64,000 nucleotides of DNA from positions 7,254,001 to 7,318,000 of the forward strand of contig CM035357.1 of NCBI GenBank assembly GCA_020137815.1. The letters run 5' to 3'. The notes under the pieces were generated by a model. The model was not told the DNA's origin, did not search any database, and worked only from the letters and a program-made list of their open reading frames with translations. The position numbers were made by a program, and so were the translations under genes. The DNA comes from Hormiphora californensis. Taxonomy: Eukaryota > Animalia > Ctenophora. Shown piece by piece: positions 42,330-63,470 of this stretch; position 1 is the first letter of the stretch; each line of letters opens with the position of its first letter.

Positions 42330-43204
42330 CGTGTTGGGCAAAAAAATGTCCCCCCTAGACTAGCATAGTTCCAGATATCGTAGAGCTCTAAAATTTTACA
42401 CAGTTACTCTATGGGACAAATAAATAAGTTCCACAAAATTTCAGACATTTAGCTCAAAGTTCATTTTTTTTAATCAGAATGAACGTTGTTATTCATTCCA
42501 AAAAACATGATTTTTCGGTCCAGAAGCCAAGCAATTGTCTTTGGCTCTCGATTTTCTTTCAAATGCGACCAAGAAAAGCCAAAACGGACAACCACAAGGC
42601 ACACAGTGGTCATGTTTCTGACAGTTAGTCAGGTCATGTGATCCGCACCGAATCGTGAGTTGCTAATCAAGCTTAGTGGGGAAGAATCATGTATCACAGT
42701 CGCTATTGAGGGGTGTGTATCGAAAAAGCGACATGTGATTCGGCAGCACTTGGGTAAAGAGGCCACTTGTTAATGAGCTTCGGATCTCATGACCAATAGT
42801 CATCGTCATCTCTTATTAGCAGCTGTGATACGTGATTCTCCACCACTAAGCCTGATTAGCAATTCTGAATAAATTACACGATTCGGTGGGGATCACATGA
42901 CCTGACTAACTGTCAGAAACATGACCACTGTGTGCCTTGTGGTTGTCTGTTTTGGCTTTTCTTGGTCGCATTTGAAAGAAAATCGAGAGCCAAAGACAAT
43001 TGCTTGGCTTCTGGACCGAAAAATCATGTTTTTTTGGAATGAATAACAATGTTCATTCCGATCAAAAAAATGAACTTTGAGCTAAAAGTCTGAAATTTTG
43101 TGGAACTTATTTATTTGTCCCATAGAGTAACTGTGTAAAATTTTAGAGCTCTACGATATCTGGAACTATGCTAGTCTAGGGGGGACATTTTTTTGCCCAA
43201 CACG
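42330..43204. mobile_element. Long-TIR non-autonomous element (Tc1-like termini)
   Basis: CGTGTTGGGCAAAAAAATGTCCCCC...GGGGGACATTTTTTTGCCCAACACG; inverted arms ~330-370 bp; termini resemble Tc1 CAGTGCTGGCCAAAAA. Confidence 0.85.
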
Positions 43205-44073
43205 TTAAACGAAAATTTGATTTGTTTTTCGGGCCAAAAAAAGTAATAATTTTTATTCCGATTTTTTGATACTTTTCAATCGCGCGCCGCGCGGCTTAAA
43301 TTAGCACGACAAAGTTTTATTAATCGCGCGTTACACATTTGCCATATTTACCAGTGTTCAGAAATTATTCCACTTTACCCGGATGGTAGTAAATGAAAAC
43401 ATGTGATAAGACAATATTTCAGTTGGGGTGAATATAAGTTTGACCCATTACAATCTGCAATACAACAAACAGTAAACACAAATAACAGAGAATGATAAGA
43501 CGACAATACGACATATTGCCAGTGACTTTCAGATTGAAAGTAAATTATACTTTAACCACGCAGTCACAATCAATTCATGTAGTTTTAGTTTGAAGGGTTA
43601 ACTGAGTGAGTAAAAACATGTGCGATGGAAAGCTCGTACAGAACAAATCCCAGATATAACATATCTAAAAACTGATTAGCTTCATGATATAATGATTGTC
43701 AGACGAAACTTGACAGTGATAATGATAGAATAGTGTTGGAGATAAAATTCAACTTGCCCTGCTTATGGCCAGTCATACGTCTACATCTCCTAGCTAAGCT
43801 ACTACTGTTATAGATGTAATGTATTTCCAACACGCAAGAATGTTAATTAGTGTTATAAATTTGTGAAACATTTTCTCTCTCTTTATAAGGAAGGTGAAAC
43901 TAACTGAACAATTTACACTCGAAATAAGTTAGTTGTAATTACAAAGATCTAAAAAGTGGAAATGGAGTTTCCATATCCTAACAAATTCCTACCCTCTCTC
44001 TCCCTCCGTACACACACACACACTCTCTCTCATCTCTATCCTTAGTCCGATCCTCTCACTGTCACAATGTAAT

Positions 44074-52454
<8,381 letters not shown>

Positions 52455-52462
<8 letters not shown>

Positions 52463-52616
52463 TCTAGGGACCTAGTTTTGGGGTAGTGAGTTAGAGATGT
52501 GTAAAGATATACCATCATTCTAGTGAGATGGGACCTAGTTTTGGGTTAGAGGGTTAGATTTGTGAAGATCTCCATCATTCTAGTGAGGGGGACCTAGTTT
52601 TGGGGTAGAGGGTTAG
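52455..52616. repeat. ~55-60-bp tandem triplication overlapping the DNAJC25 start
   Basis: CCATCATTCTAG...GGACCTAGTTTTGGG..GAG..TTAGA repeated 3 times. Confidence 0.8.
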
Positions 52617-52624
52617 ATTCGTTC

Positions 52625-53974
52625 CAGGAAACGACCGAACCGGGTTTTTTTCCACCGAACCGAACCGAACCGAATTTGAAAAACTTTTTTACCGAACCGA
52701 ACCGAACCGAACCGAACCGAATTTCGGTAACCGAACCGAACCGAACCATACAAAACTTTTTCTGTATAAATGTTTCTCTAAAAAGTCATGGAGAGCACCG
52801 ATCAAGGTATTGAGAATCATTCTCTGAAATTTTATTAACAAATGTTTGAAAAAATTTCAAAGTCAATTTTGTGAAAAAATTTTCAAAGTCAATTTTATCG
52901 TAAATTTTCTATGTCAATTTTTGCGTACGAATCGTGTTTCGAATCGGCAATGCTATACGGGAATGGTATTGCTAATTAGCAGGATTAAACGAACCATGAA
53001 TCGTGTCTCTCTAAATTTCCTAATTAGATTTGATGGGGGATCACGTATCAGCACAATCCATCTCGGACCCACTAATTACCAACATCACTCCCGTTTAGCA
53101 TTGTCGATTAGAAACACGATTCGTATACCATAATTTACTTAAAATATTTTTCACAAAAAAAAATTTCACAAAATTTCAGGTAATGATTCTCAATACCTTG
53201 ATCGATGCTCTCCATGAATTTTTAGAGAAACATTTAATTTTGTGAAAAAACTTTGTAAAATATTTCAAAGTCAATTTCGGGAAAAATTCTATGTCAATTT
53301 TGCCGTACGAATCGTGTTGCGAATCGGTGATGCTATGCGGCAGTGCTCTGGCTAATTAGCAGGATTTATTGAAACATGAATCGTTTCCCCTAAACTTCCT
53401 AATTAGATTTGATGGGGAATCACGTATCAGCATAATCCATCTCGGACCCACTAATTAGCAACATCACTCCCGCTTAGCAATACCGATTCGAAACACGATT
53501 CGTACGCAAAAATTGACATAGAAAATTTTCCATAAAATTGACTTTGAAATATTTTCCAAACTTTCTTACAAAATTTCAGAGAATGATTCTTAACACCTTG
53601 ATCGGTGCTCTCCATGAGTTTTTTTGAAAAAAAAAATTCTGAATTTGTTGACCCTCTCATGAGGGCACGATTCGACGGGAAGTCAGGTATCAAATCAATC
53701 CATATCGAACCCGCTAACTAGCGAAATCATTTCCACATAGCACCACCGATTCGAAATAGGGTTAATACGACGAAATTGACATTGAAATCCATACAATTTT
53801 CGTGAAATAATTAAAAAATTTTGCATGAAAAAGCCCGATTTCTGGGCATTTTTTGACCAAAAAATTCGGTGGTTCGGCCAAAATTTCCTACCGAACCGAA
53901 CCGAACCGAACCGCCCAAAAAACACCGAATTTCCGAACCGAACCGAACCGAACCGAATATTCGGTCGCTTCCTG
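52625..53974. mobile_element. hAT-type non-autonomous element with (CCGAA)n subterminal repeats
   Basis: TIRs CAGGAA(A/G)CGACCGAA; perfect 8-bp TSD ATTCGTTC at 52617-52624 and 53975-53982. Confidence 0.85.
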
Positions 53975-54510
53975 ATTCGTTCCATTATAAACTAGCATGT
54001 GAAATATCCATAGCAAGTATCAATCTCTCTTATCAAATCAAATCAAATCAATAGTTCGGCTACATGACAGTGTAAAAGCGTGCTGCACAGTACGTATTCA
54101 ATGTACATAGTACCCCCCCCCCCATACGAGAAATTAAATATGATATTTAATAGGAGTTTCGGGGAAGACGAATCACGAGATCAGAGATGTCTCGGTTATC
54201 GCGTTATATGTGCCTCTAAATATGTGCCACTACATGGATAATATCTCAGACAAGCACCATACATATATTGGATATGTCTACAGAAAAATATTCATTCATT
54301 CAAGAAGTACTTAACTATATTGAATATTTCAATATAAAATGATTATTCACCCTTCGCTGTGAGACTCAAGAGTAGAAATGAACAGACAAAACCTTATTCA
54401 TAATTTAACTATCAGCGTATTAATAAACGTAATGCCTTTGCGAATGTCTTGAGATTTATCACTGATCAGGTAGCGTATCTTGGTCTTAATCTTAGATCTT
54501 ATTAGTGGTA

Positions 54511-55345
54511 CAGTCGGACCCCGATTTAGTGGCCCCCGATTTAGTGGCACCCCGATTTAGTGGCAGGATTTTTTTCCCCCAAAAATTTTTTCAAATTTTT
54601 TTTGTGAAATTTTTTTGAACATTTTTCAAAGAACCACCAGCCACGTCCGAATCGTGTTTCGAATCAGTGAATCTTATCGCATGTCCTGCTGCTAATTAGA
54701 CTGTTCGGAACGAACCGATACGTGATCCCCATGGGACCATTGAATCACAAGTTCACCATGCGTCAAAATTTCGATTCGATGGGGATCACGTTTCGATTCG
54801 TTCCGAACCGTCTAATTAGCAGCAGGACATGCGATAAGATGCACCGATTCGAAACAGGATTCGGACGTGGCTGGTATACCTTTAAAAAAATTTTAAAACT
54901 TTTTTTTGCAAAATTTTACAGTAAGATTGTCAATGCTTTGATCGGTGCTCCCCACAAATTTTGAGAGAAAAAGTTATTTTGAAATTTTGATACTTCCTCA
55001 CCCGCTTAGGGTGCCCCAATTCGGCATGGTATCACTTATCGGTTCTTTCGAACCCGCTAATTAGACAGGACATCCAGTAAGCTGCACCGATTCGAAACAC
55101 AAATCGGACGGGCCGGTATAACTTAGTTTTTTGAAAAAATTATCTTATAGTTTTCAGAAATGATCATGTCATCAATAAATGAATATTGCATATAACAGTT
55201 AGAGGTGTCTTTAGTATTAGTATAACATTTTGGGCATAAAATAGGTTTTTATGGGCCAAATATGGCTCACCTCGATTTAGTGGCACCCCGATTTAGTGGC
55301 AGGATTTTTTTCTCCCGAGGATGCCACTAAATCGGGGTCCGACTG
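54511..55345. mobile_element. pogo/Tigger-like MITE
   Basis: TA|CAGTCGGACCCCGATTTAGTGGC ... GCCACTAAATCGGGGTCCGACTG|TA. Confidence 0.88.
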
Positions 55346-55856
55346 TATAGGTAGGATTTTCTTCACAGCGATATTCCAGTTATGTGGTCCTCATTGGTTT
55401 GCTTATTGAGATGAGCAATAAAATATTGTTTAATGTAACCTGAAATCAATAAAACTTGCGATATAAGAGTTCGTGTGCTGCATCCTTTCTAAATAAGATG
55501 TATCAAGGATTGTATGTATTGCATGCTATCATTAGAATCCCAATTAGCTGATTATTAACCTGCTAACACCACAAAGTTAAAGCAGACGAAGAAAAGGGCA
55601 CATGGCTTAACCGAAAAAAATCTACAAGTTCCAAGTTATCCTTCTTGTGTCTGACAATATATATTGTCAGACACAAGATGGATTCCTTGGAAATCATATG
55701 ATTTGGAATATGTCGCGAGACGCCTGTCAATCACCAAACCAGCATTTAATTCCGCAGCGGGCAACACAGAATAAAGCTTTAACCATCCATTTAACGAAGC
55801 TTCCTTGCTTTTAACGAGCGTAAATGCCGTTGTTCAGGTATTGGTTAAGGTACACT

Positions 55857-56260
55857 AGATTACAAGATTACAAGATTACAGATTACAAGATTACAAATAA
55901 GTTTTAGTATACATAACAAATGAATACAACGCACTCAGCAGAGCTTCCGCGTGATAAAATGATATGCCCTATGTGAGTGAACTACTTCCCCTCAGTGAGC
56001 AGGGCAACAAGGGAGTTATCTCTAGGGCTCGAGTATCCTCTGACAGGTGGAAAGTCTGGTATGGTAGCAAGGAAGTCTCCAAGTGTGACTTTTAGGTTCT
56101 CGATTGATGTTGCCAGCCGTACTTCCTCGGGCATCCTGTTAAAGAGTTGAACCGCTCTAACTCCGAATGATGCATCCCGTAGCGTCTGGACTGATTTCTG
56201 TGCCGATGTTATGATCAGAGGGACAGTTGCTTTCGGACCGTGGCGATGGTGCCATAACCA
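55857..56260 (-). mobile_element. 3' fragment of a CR1-group LINE
   Basis: Minus strand reads HHRHGPKATVPLI..TLRDASFGVRAVQLFNRMPEEVR..LKVTLGDFLATIPDFP..NSL; tail (TTGTAATC)n, seen on + as GATTACAA repeats at 55857-55895. Confidence 0.75.
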
Positions 56261-56950
56261 CCGAGGAATTATATAATGTTTGAGTTTAGAAGTAGGATTC
56301 TCGTAATCTTGTAATAAATTTAATGCTGCACCGGTTTATGCTCCTTACAGAGTATGAAAGATTAGGTCGTGTGCGCCAGACGGCGCCACCATCCTCGCCA
56401 AATGGCGCCACGTAGCGAACAAACGGCGCCACACGGTTAGTGGACTGTGAGCAAATAAACTTTGTTGGTAGACGAAAGGCGAGGAAGTAGGAATCATTTT
56501 ACCAAACTCTAAATGAACACTAAACATCATCATCACAAAATAATCATTATTCCGCTTTGTAGCCTCAACTGCTAGAAGAGAACATTGATATTGTGCCCAG
56601 ACTCGACTCGAGTGCAAACGCCAGACCGAAGATTTGGACCAGAATATTTTTGTCTTAGTCCAGTCCAATTGAACTAAAATTCTGGCAGAATTAAGTTGTT
56701 CCTAGCTTAGCTCAACACTGCAGTTCAGTGTTGAAGGACCGCCGTTTTCTGCTCAAACAAAGGTCATTGGTCAAAGGTGGTGAAACTGAAGGCAAAAATA
56801 AAAGTTTACCAAAAACAAAAATTAATTTTTTTAAAACTTCAAGAACAACAAGCAAAATTAAATTGCGCGGTTCCAGAGCCGCGCAATGCAACAATAAGTA
56901 TATTTGCGCGCTCCATTTCATGACTCAAAAAGTCGGTAGCGACCCCGGTA

Positions 56951-57791
56951 AGTCGGAAGAACCTGTCCGTTCCTCTCATGAGCGCTCATGAGTGTATCAT
57001 GAGTGTGTCATGAGTGTATCATGAGTGTATCATGAGCGCTCATGAGACGTTTTTAGGTGTTTCAACGTCTCATGAGCGCTCATGAGTGTATCATGAGCGT
57101 ATCATGAGCGCTCATGAGACGTTGCTCATGAGCGCTCATGAGACATATGTTTCATCCCATCTCTGTTTCAATGTCTCATGAGCGCTCATGAGACGTTTTG
57201 ACCTACATATGCTCATGAGTGTATCATGAGACATGTCTCATGAGACATATGTCTCATGAGACGTTAGGGTTATGGTTAGGGTTGGGTTTAGGGTTGGGCT
57301 TGGGTTAGGGCTATCCCTTAGGCCTAGGGCCCCGTAGGGGTAGGGTTAAGGTTGACACATAGGCTTAGACCTAGCCCTGCCCTCTACGGGTCCCTAGACC
57401 TAAAGAATAGCCCTAACCCTAGCCCAACCCTAAATCCAACCCTAACCCTAACCCTAACGTCTCATGAGACATATGTCTCATGAGACATGTCTCATGATAC
57501 ACTCATGAGCATATGTAGGTCAAAACGTCTCATGAGCGCTCATGAGACATTGAAACATAGATGGGATGAGACATATGTCTCATGAGCGCTCATGAGCAAC
57601 GTCTCATGAGCACTCATGAGCGCTCATGACACACTCATGATACGCTCATGATACACTCATGAGCGCTCATGAGACGTTGAAACACCTAAAAACGTCTCAT
57701 GAGCGCTCATGATACACTCATGATACACTCATGACACACTCATGATACACTCATGAGCGCTCATGAGAGGAACGGACAGGTTCTTCCGACT
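56951..57791. mobile_element. Almost fully palindromic foldback element with CTCATGAG tandems and a telomere-like core
   Basis: TA|AGTCGGAAGAACCTGTCCGTTCCTCTCATGAG ... CTCATGAGAGGAACGGACAGGTTCTTCCGACT|TA; centre has TTAGGG-like then CCCTAA-like repeats. Confidence 0.88.
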
Positions 57792-57793
57792 TA

Positions 57794-57944
57794 AAGTCGG
57801 ATTTTTTGAAACTGTCACCCCAAAACGACCGCGCATGTGAAATTTATCAATTTCGACGCGCACACCACACGTTAACATGTGATGTGACACGCAAAAACAT
57901 TCCGCGCACGAAAAGGGGGGTGACAGTTTCAAAAAATCCGACTT
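57794..57944. mobile_element. MITE (AAGTCGGATTTTTTGAAACTGTCACCCC TIR)
   Basis: 28-bp TIRs with TA flanks; shares its left TA with the preceding foldback element; a second family member starts at 63798. Confidence 0.85.
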
Positions 57945-58225
57945 TACAGCGACCCCTATCCCCATCTGAGAGAATCAAATGGGGTTGCAATTCAGGAAGG
58001 TTAGAAGAAACACAGTATTTTTCAATAATATAACAAGTTGCTGTATACTTTACACCTGCACAATCCCGGCCCAATTAGTAAAGCTTTAAATAAAATTGTT
58101 CATGACATGACTCGTTGAATAAGATACCACACACATTCCACATTAAAAACAACACCCTAAAACAAAATAGAACAAATTCCACTGTTCGGATAACGTCAGA
58201 TTTAATTCCTTTATGCCGTCTCGGT

Positions 58226-61040
58226 CTAGTTGGGTAGTAGTTTAGTGGCTGGTTTAGGAAGACTGTATAGATAGACAGCACCAAGAACCAGGGATGTTCC
58301 GATAGAGAACTGAAGAGTGATAACAAATCCCCAGAGGAAGACGCTCACCACACAAGACACAATAATGGCAAGAGATGTGGCAAATCCTGTAAGGATAGAT
58401 GTTGTTATCGTTATGACTAATGAGTCAGAAAGAATGTTATCAATGTAGACGAAGTCAGTACTCAGCAGACAAGTAGGAGGAACCTACCTTTGAGAATGTT
58501 ATCTGCGTATTTTACGACTACTGCAACAAGAAGTCCACCAAATGCCTGCATGGCAATGACCCACCAGACCCAGGCGTTATAACCAAAGAAGAACCCTTTC
58601 TCTTGGACAACCTGAAATGATTGTGTGAGACAACATTATTGTTGTCAAATTGTCATACTGCAATGACTGTAATGTCGCACACGGTTCTATTCGGAGATAA
58701 GGGGGCAGTATTTTGTTAGACAATAAAAGCTTATCGGGTTGGAGTGGTACAAGGTTTTTAGACCGGCACATACCGCTCCGTCAGTCCAGAAGACTCCAAA
58801 GAGGCCAACAACAACTCCATATCCAGCCAGATGGATGTTTCTCATCCAGATAGAGATATCAGATCCCTTCAATAACTTCTCAAAATACACACCTGGAAAA
58901 TGTGCAGGTGTGACCAGTTTTAGAGACTTGTTGAAAAGTTAAAAACATCTGAGAAAACAACAAACTCAGATCTAACTAGTAACTAGTAAAAAGTGATCTA
59001 ACCTGCGAACCCAGAGGAACAACAAGAAAGGAGAACAGCGACAAGACCGAGGATAGGACTCTGTTCAACATTATTTGTTGTCTTGGTTTCACCTGGGGGA
59101 GAGGTGAAATGTTATTACAGTCGGGTCCCGATTCACCGAGATGCTCGGGGAAAGGGTTTTACGCGGTAAATCAGTATTTGTAACTCCTGCAATTTCAACA
59201 ATTTAGTCGGACTCTGTATTCGAATTGTGTTGCTTTGTTTCTCAGTAAATAAAGGAATTATTGGGATTTGGGAGCTTACTGGTTTGACTAAGTTGAACTA
59301 GAGCGACACCAGCAAAAAGGAGAACAAGAGCCATCCACTGTGTTCTAATCAGCTCCTTTCGTAGAAGGAACACGGAGAAAATAGCAGTGGTCATGATTTT
59401 CAGTTGATAAGTAACCTGAAATAATTGAATTGTTAATTTCTCCATCATCAATTAATCTTTCCAAATATTCCCTTCATACCTGGAAGACGGCAGCTTCTAG
59501 GTTGCTAATGGCCACATACTGGAGGTTGTTCTGTATAACGTACAGAATAGCAGGCACTGAAATCTGAATTGAGATATCACTTGATATGCAATCGGAGTAC
59601 AGGTTTAACCCTTAAATTATTGTTTCTTTGGAGAGGGTGCACAACATATGTCAATTATTGTTGTCTACTATTATGATTATACAGTCGGACCCCGATTTAC
59701 CGGGATCCTCGGGGGAAGCCATTTTGCCCGGTAAATCGGGGTGCCCGGTATATCGGGGTAGAGCATATTTGACCCATAAATCCTAATTTTGTCCAAAATT
59801 CTATACCAAGACACCTCTAACTGTATACTATATGTACATTTATTGATGACAATATGATCATTGCTTAGAAATAGAAAATTTAAAAAATTCAAAAAAAAAT
59901 GTAAAAACTTTTTGTAAGGTAAACCACCCCGACCGAGTCCGAATCGTGTTTCGAATCGGTGCATCTTATCGCATGTCCTGCCGCTAATTAGACGGTTCGA
60001 AACGAACCAATACGTGATCCCCATTAGACCTAGCGAATTGCAAATGCAAGTTTACCAACCGGCCAAACTTCGAAAATTTTCCAAAAAAAAATCGGGGGAA
60101 AGAAATCCTCCCGGTAAATCGGGGTTCCGGTAAATCGGGGCCCGGTAAATCGGGGTCCGACTGTACTATGATTATAGTAGCTCCAGTGATATGATATCAC
60201 TGCAATATCACTGACAGGGTATATTCCTAAGCAACTGATGTCTGATAAAATACCTTGAGGGCATCCTTCCATTGCACGACAGTGTAATAATAAACATGTT
60301 CCCACAGCCCCTCAAGTGATCCCTTCTGCTTCATGATAATAGCTGCTGAGGCTAACATCTGGAAATAGAATGGGGTTATCAGTCAATCAATCTCATCAGT
60401 CATCCCAACTGCCCAAAATATCGCGACTCGTCAAATTCAAATACGGCAAATCCTCGCCCGTGACATTTTCCCACGGTCCAGCTCCCCCGCGCGCACTCCT
60501 CTACATCTCATCCCCCGCGCGTTCCCGCAAGTCCCCGACGTGTCACCTTGAATAGCTCAGCCAAAACAACGGCAGTCGTTGAGAGGTACATGTCACCGGG
60601 TAGTGTCCGTGTATATCGGATGGAGAGGATGAGAGTTGCATTCTGGAAGGTCAGGACAATCAGACTCAGATATTTTAGGTTGATTCCACTATCACCTGTG
60701 GGAGAGAGAGGAGGGTGTGAGTCGACGGGAGGGTGTGAGTTCGATCATTTGTTTACATAATACCGTGTATGGATATATCGCTTGCATAATTCACGCCATA
60801 TAAACATCAATCGCAATCGGTCAATCTGATAGAAAATAAGACAAACACAGCACGAATGGGAAACATAGATATTGGCAGATTGCAAGGTGAAATCAAAAAG
60901 AAAATGAGAATCAAATTACACGAATTGAATCAATATCCGTTTCTATCTGTCTGGCAGCGCCACCAGACATGTTTCTAACATACCTTGGTACCAAGTAAAA
61001 ATAACGTTTCCACTTACTCTTTCCTGTTGGTGCCATTTTG
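58226..61040 (-). CDS. SLC35A-family nucleotide-sugar transporter (UDP-Gal/UDP-GlcNAc, SLC35A2/A3-like), multi-exon; start uncertain
   Basis: [35 protein letters not shown]|..[26 protein letters not shown]|[14 protein letters not shown]..|SSGFAG|[18 protein letters not shown]|..[17 protein letters not shown]|[14 protein letters not shown]. Confidence 0.9.
59682..60163. mobile_element. pogo/Tigger-like MITE in an SLC35A intron
   Basis: TA|CAGTCGGACCCCGATTTACCGGG ... CCCGGTAAATCGGGGTCCGACTG|TA. Confidence 0.88.
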
Positions 61041-61224
61041 GTTTCCGTTGTGGTTGATGGTTGCCCTGCCACGACTACTACTATTTCAGTTTCTAATCTT
61101 TAGTCTAGGACATAGCTACAAGAGAGAGGAGAGAGACATTATATACAAAATGGCACAGATGTTAATACAAAGAGTTAATTTCATTGAACAAAGTGTGGGG
61201 TATGGGGACTCTGGACTGTCTCTT

Positions 61225-61314
<90 letters not shown>

Positions 61315-61800
61315 TCTCATCTTCTTCTCGTGTGGCTTGTGGAGCTACACGTCCCAAAGCTATATCACATGAGGGTGAGGCACTACTCCAGCAAATAAAA
61401 GAGGGAGGCGAGAGAAGGGGAAGGAGAAATATTGAATGGGAGATGGAGATGCTCAACAGAAACAGAAAGGCATAATAAACATAATGTAACACCCGACAAA
61501 ATGGTCCTCATAGAAAATGTGCACCGTACGGAAACTTAATATCTCTCGTCCCTTACGACGTTCTTCATACTTAGATCTTGAAACGTACAAGTTACACCCT
61601 CATTTACTTCTTTTGTATTGGAAACAGGAGTTGCTCTTCTACAATATTAAACAATAGCCCATACGTAACTACGGTCCTACACTACTCAGTCTGAATACTC
61701 TGTACAAAATTTAAACCGAATAATAGACAAATATTTTAACCCTTTTTAAACCAAAATTAACTGTATTTAATATAACACTTTTTAACCCTTCACTGATGAC

Positions 61801-62942
61801 TCAAAGTGGCAACTGTTTCTCATTAAGCATCCACTGCCTCAATTTAGGTGCAATCAACCCCCCAATCATGATCTGACAGGGGTGATATATCAGGAGGGGA
61901 ATTGTAATGAGACTCAAATTAGGATCCCCACTGTACATAATCTTCAACATTGGAATTCCTAGAGTGAGGCTCTTGTGTGTTGCACAGTACATGACTGCGA
62001 TGGTATCCTGCCTTCTGAACTGGCACCAGGACGAGTTGGAGAGAAGGAAGGTTGTGTAGAGAAGGGTCAACTGGCATGCTATCACCATGGCGACCACGGT
62101 GAATAACTCAACCGGGGGAAGGGAAATATCGGAGTTGGAGAATGTATCACAGAATGCGGAGTATATGATTAGGAGGAGGGTACAACTCGCTACCGTCCCA
62201 AATGGTGGTTTCTTCTCCTCCATCCAAGTTATAATCTTCCCCCGTAGCCACTGGCCAATAGTTAAAGGAACGAGGACTGTCCCGCATAGCTGGATAAAAA
62301 TCTTTAAAAACGGAACGTCACCAGACAACCCCAGTGTCATCAAGATCAGGACAGGTGACACGAAAATACCCAGTAAAGATCCAAGAGCTGAGTTGAAAAT
62401 TGCCGCAGCTTCGTTACCACCTACTGTCTTAGTAAGGATGACAGCGGAGGAGACGGGAGGGGGCATACAACTGACAACAATAAACCCGTTAATCAGGAGG
62501 GGTTGGAGAAGGTTGTGGTTCATAGCAACCAGAGATACGAACTGCATAAACACCGGGATGAACATCATTGTAAAGCACTGGATAAACGTGTGGAGATGGA
62601 CCTGCAGGTAAAGAAGGGGTTAGGGAGAGAGGTTTGTGAAAATAACAGAGATATTTATTCATACTGACAATACATTAGCAGTTTGCCAGCAGATTTTAAT
62701 TTGTATGTTTTATAAACTGCATCTTGCATACTAACTTGTGTGAGAGCATGCTTCAGCTCCTCAGTCTTCAAGGACAGGCCACTGTTTAGAAAGATGAGGG
62801 ATACAGCAAAGTATTTGATCGTTATCTCAGGGACCAGGATTCCCCCTTTTCTGCCAATGCTGGGTTCCAACTTTGCTAGGAGAATAGATAGGACCAGTCC
62901 CACTAGAAACCAGTTCTTCTTGAGCTGAACAAGGAGTCCCAT
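61801..62942 (-). CDS. SLC10A7: Sodium/bile acid cotransporter 7; two exons (62942-62736, 62601-61801)
   Basis: [47 protein letters not shown]|..[62 protein letters not shown]; the GT-AG intron keeps frame. Confidence 0.95.
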
Positions 62943-63289
62943 AACCTAGTTATGGGTAAAGGTCCGTGAAAGGGACAGTTTTTAAGAAGTGTTTTAAAGA
63001 TTATTTGAGTAGTGCCTTAGCTTTGGTTAGCTGGAGGTCTCAGCCATCAGCAAAAACACTCGGTTTCCTACTTTACAAATATCTGTACAAGTTAGCAACG
63101 CTTGGGACCTGTCTTGCAGATATGGCAGACGACATCGGAGTTCGGACATCATTAAATCGCGGTACAAAACTACAAAAGTCAAAACTGATAGCAATTCAAC
63201 CCTTTCAGTGAGTTTTAAAAAAGAAATCTCCATCCCTGCTATAACTGCTTATGAAGCACATGACAGGGAAGAAGCTGAGTCTTCACAGA

Positions 63290-63470
63290 GACTCTCCAGC
63301 CCAGCGGCTCCCTATGCGTCCAGGGCCAGAGGCGAAAGTCCTGGAGTGATCAGGGTGGGAAACGGCCAGCGAGAAACCCCCATAGGCAGGGTCCAGCAGC
63401 GTAGCCCCGTAAGCAGGACCCTTAGGCTGCAAACGCCGGTGGGGTCGACATAACGGACTGGGAAGTTATC
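63290..63470 (+). ncRNA. Candidate structured RNA (unassigned)
   Basis: GC-rich island with nested complementary segments: CCCAG/CTGGG, CGGCTCC/GGGGTCG, CCTATG/CATAGG, TCCAGGGC/GTCCTGGA, GGGTCC/GGACCC. Confidence 0.3.

Noticed and set aside
57263-57457. True telomere or chromosome-fusion site
   Set aside because: The repeats are short, degenerate and enclosed by transposon-like TIRs with TA flanks.
63270-63345. HDV-like ribozyme suggested by GGCGAA followed by AGTCC
   Set aside because: I could not assemble P1/P3/L3/P1.1 in the required order; the segments pair better as simple hairpins.
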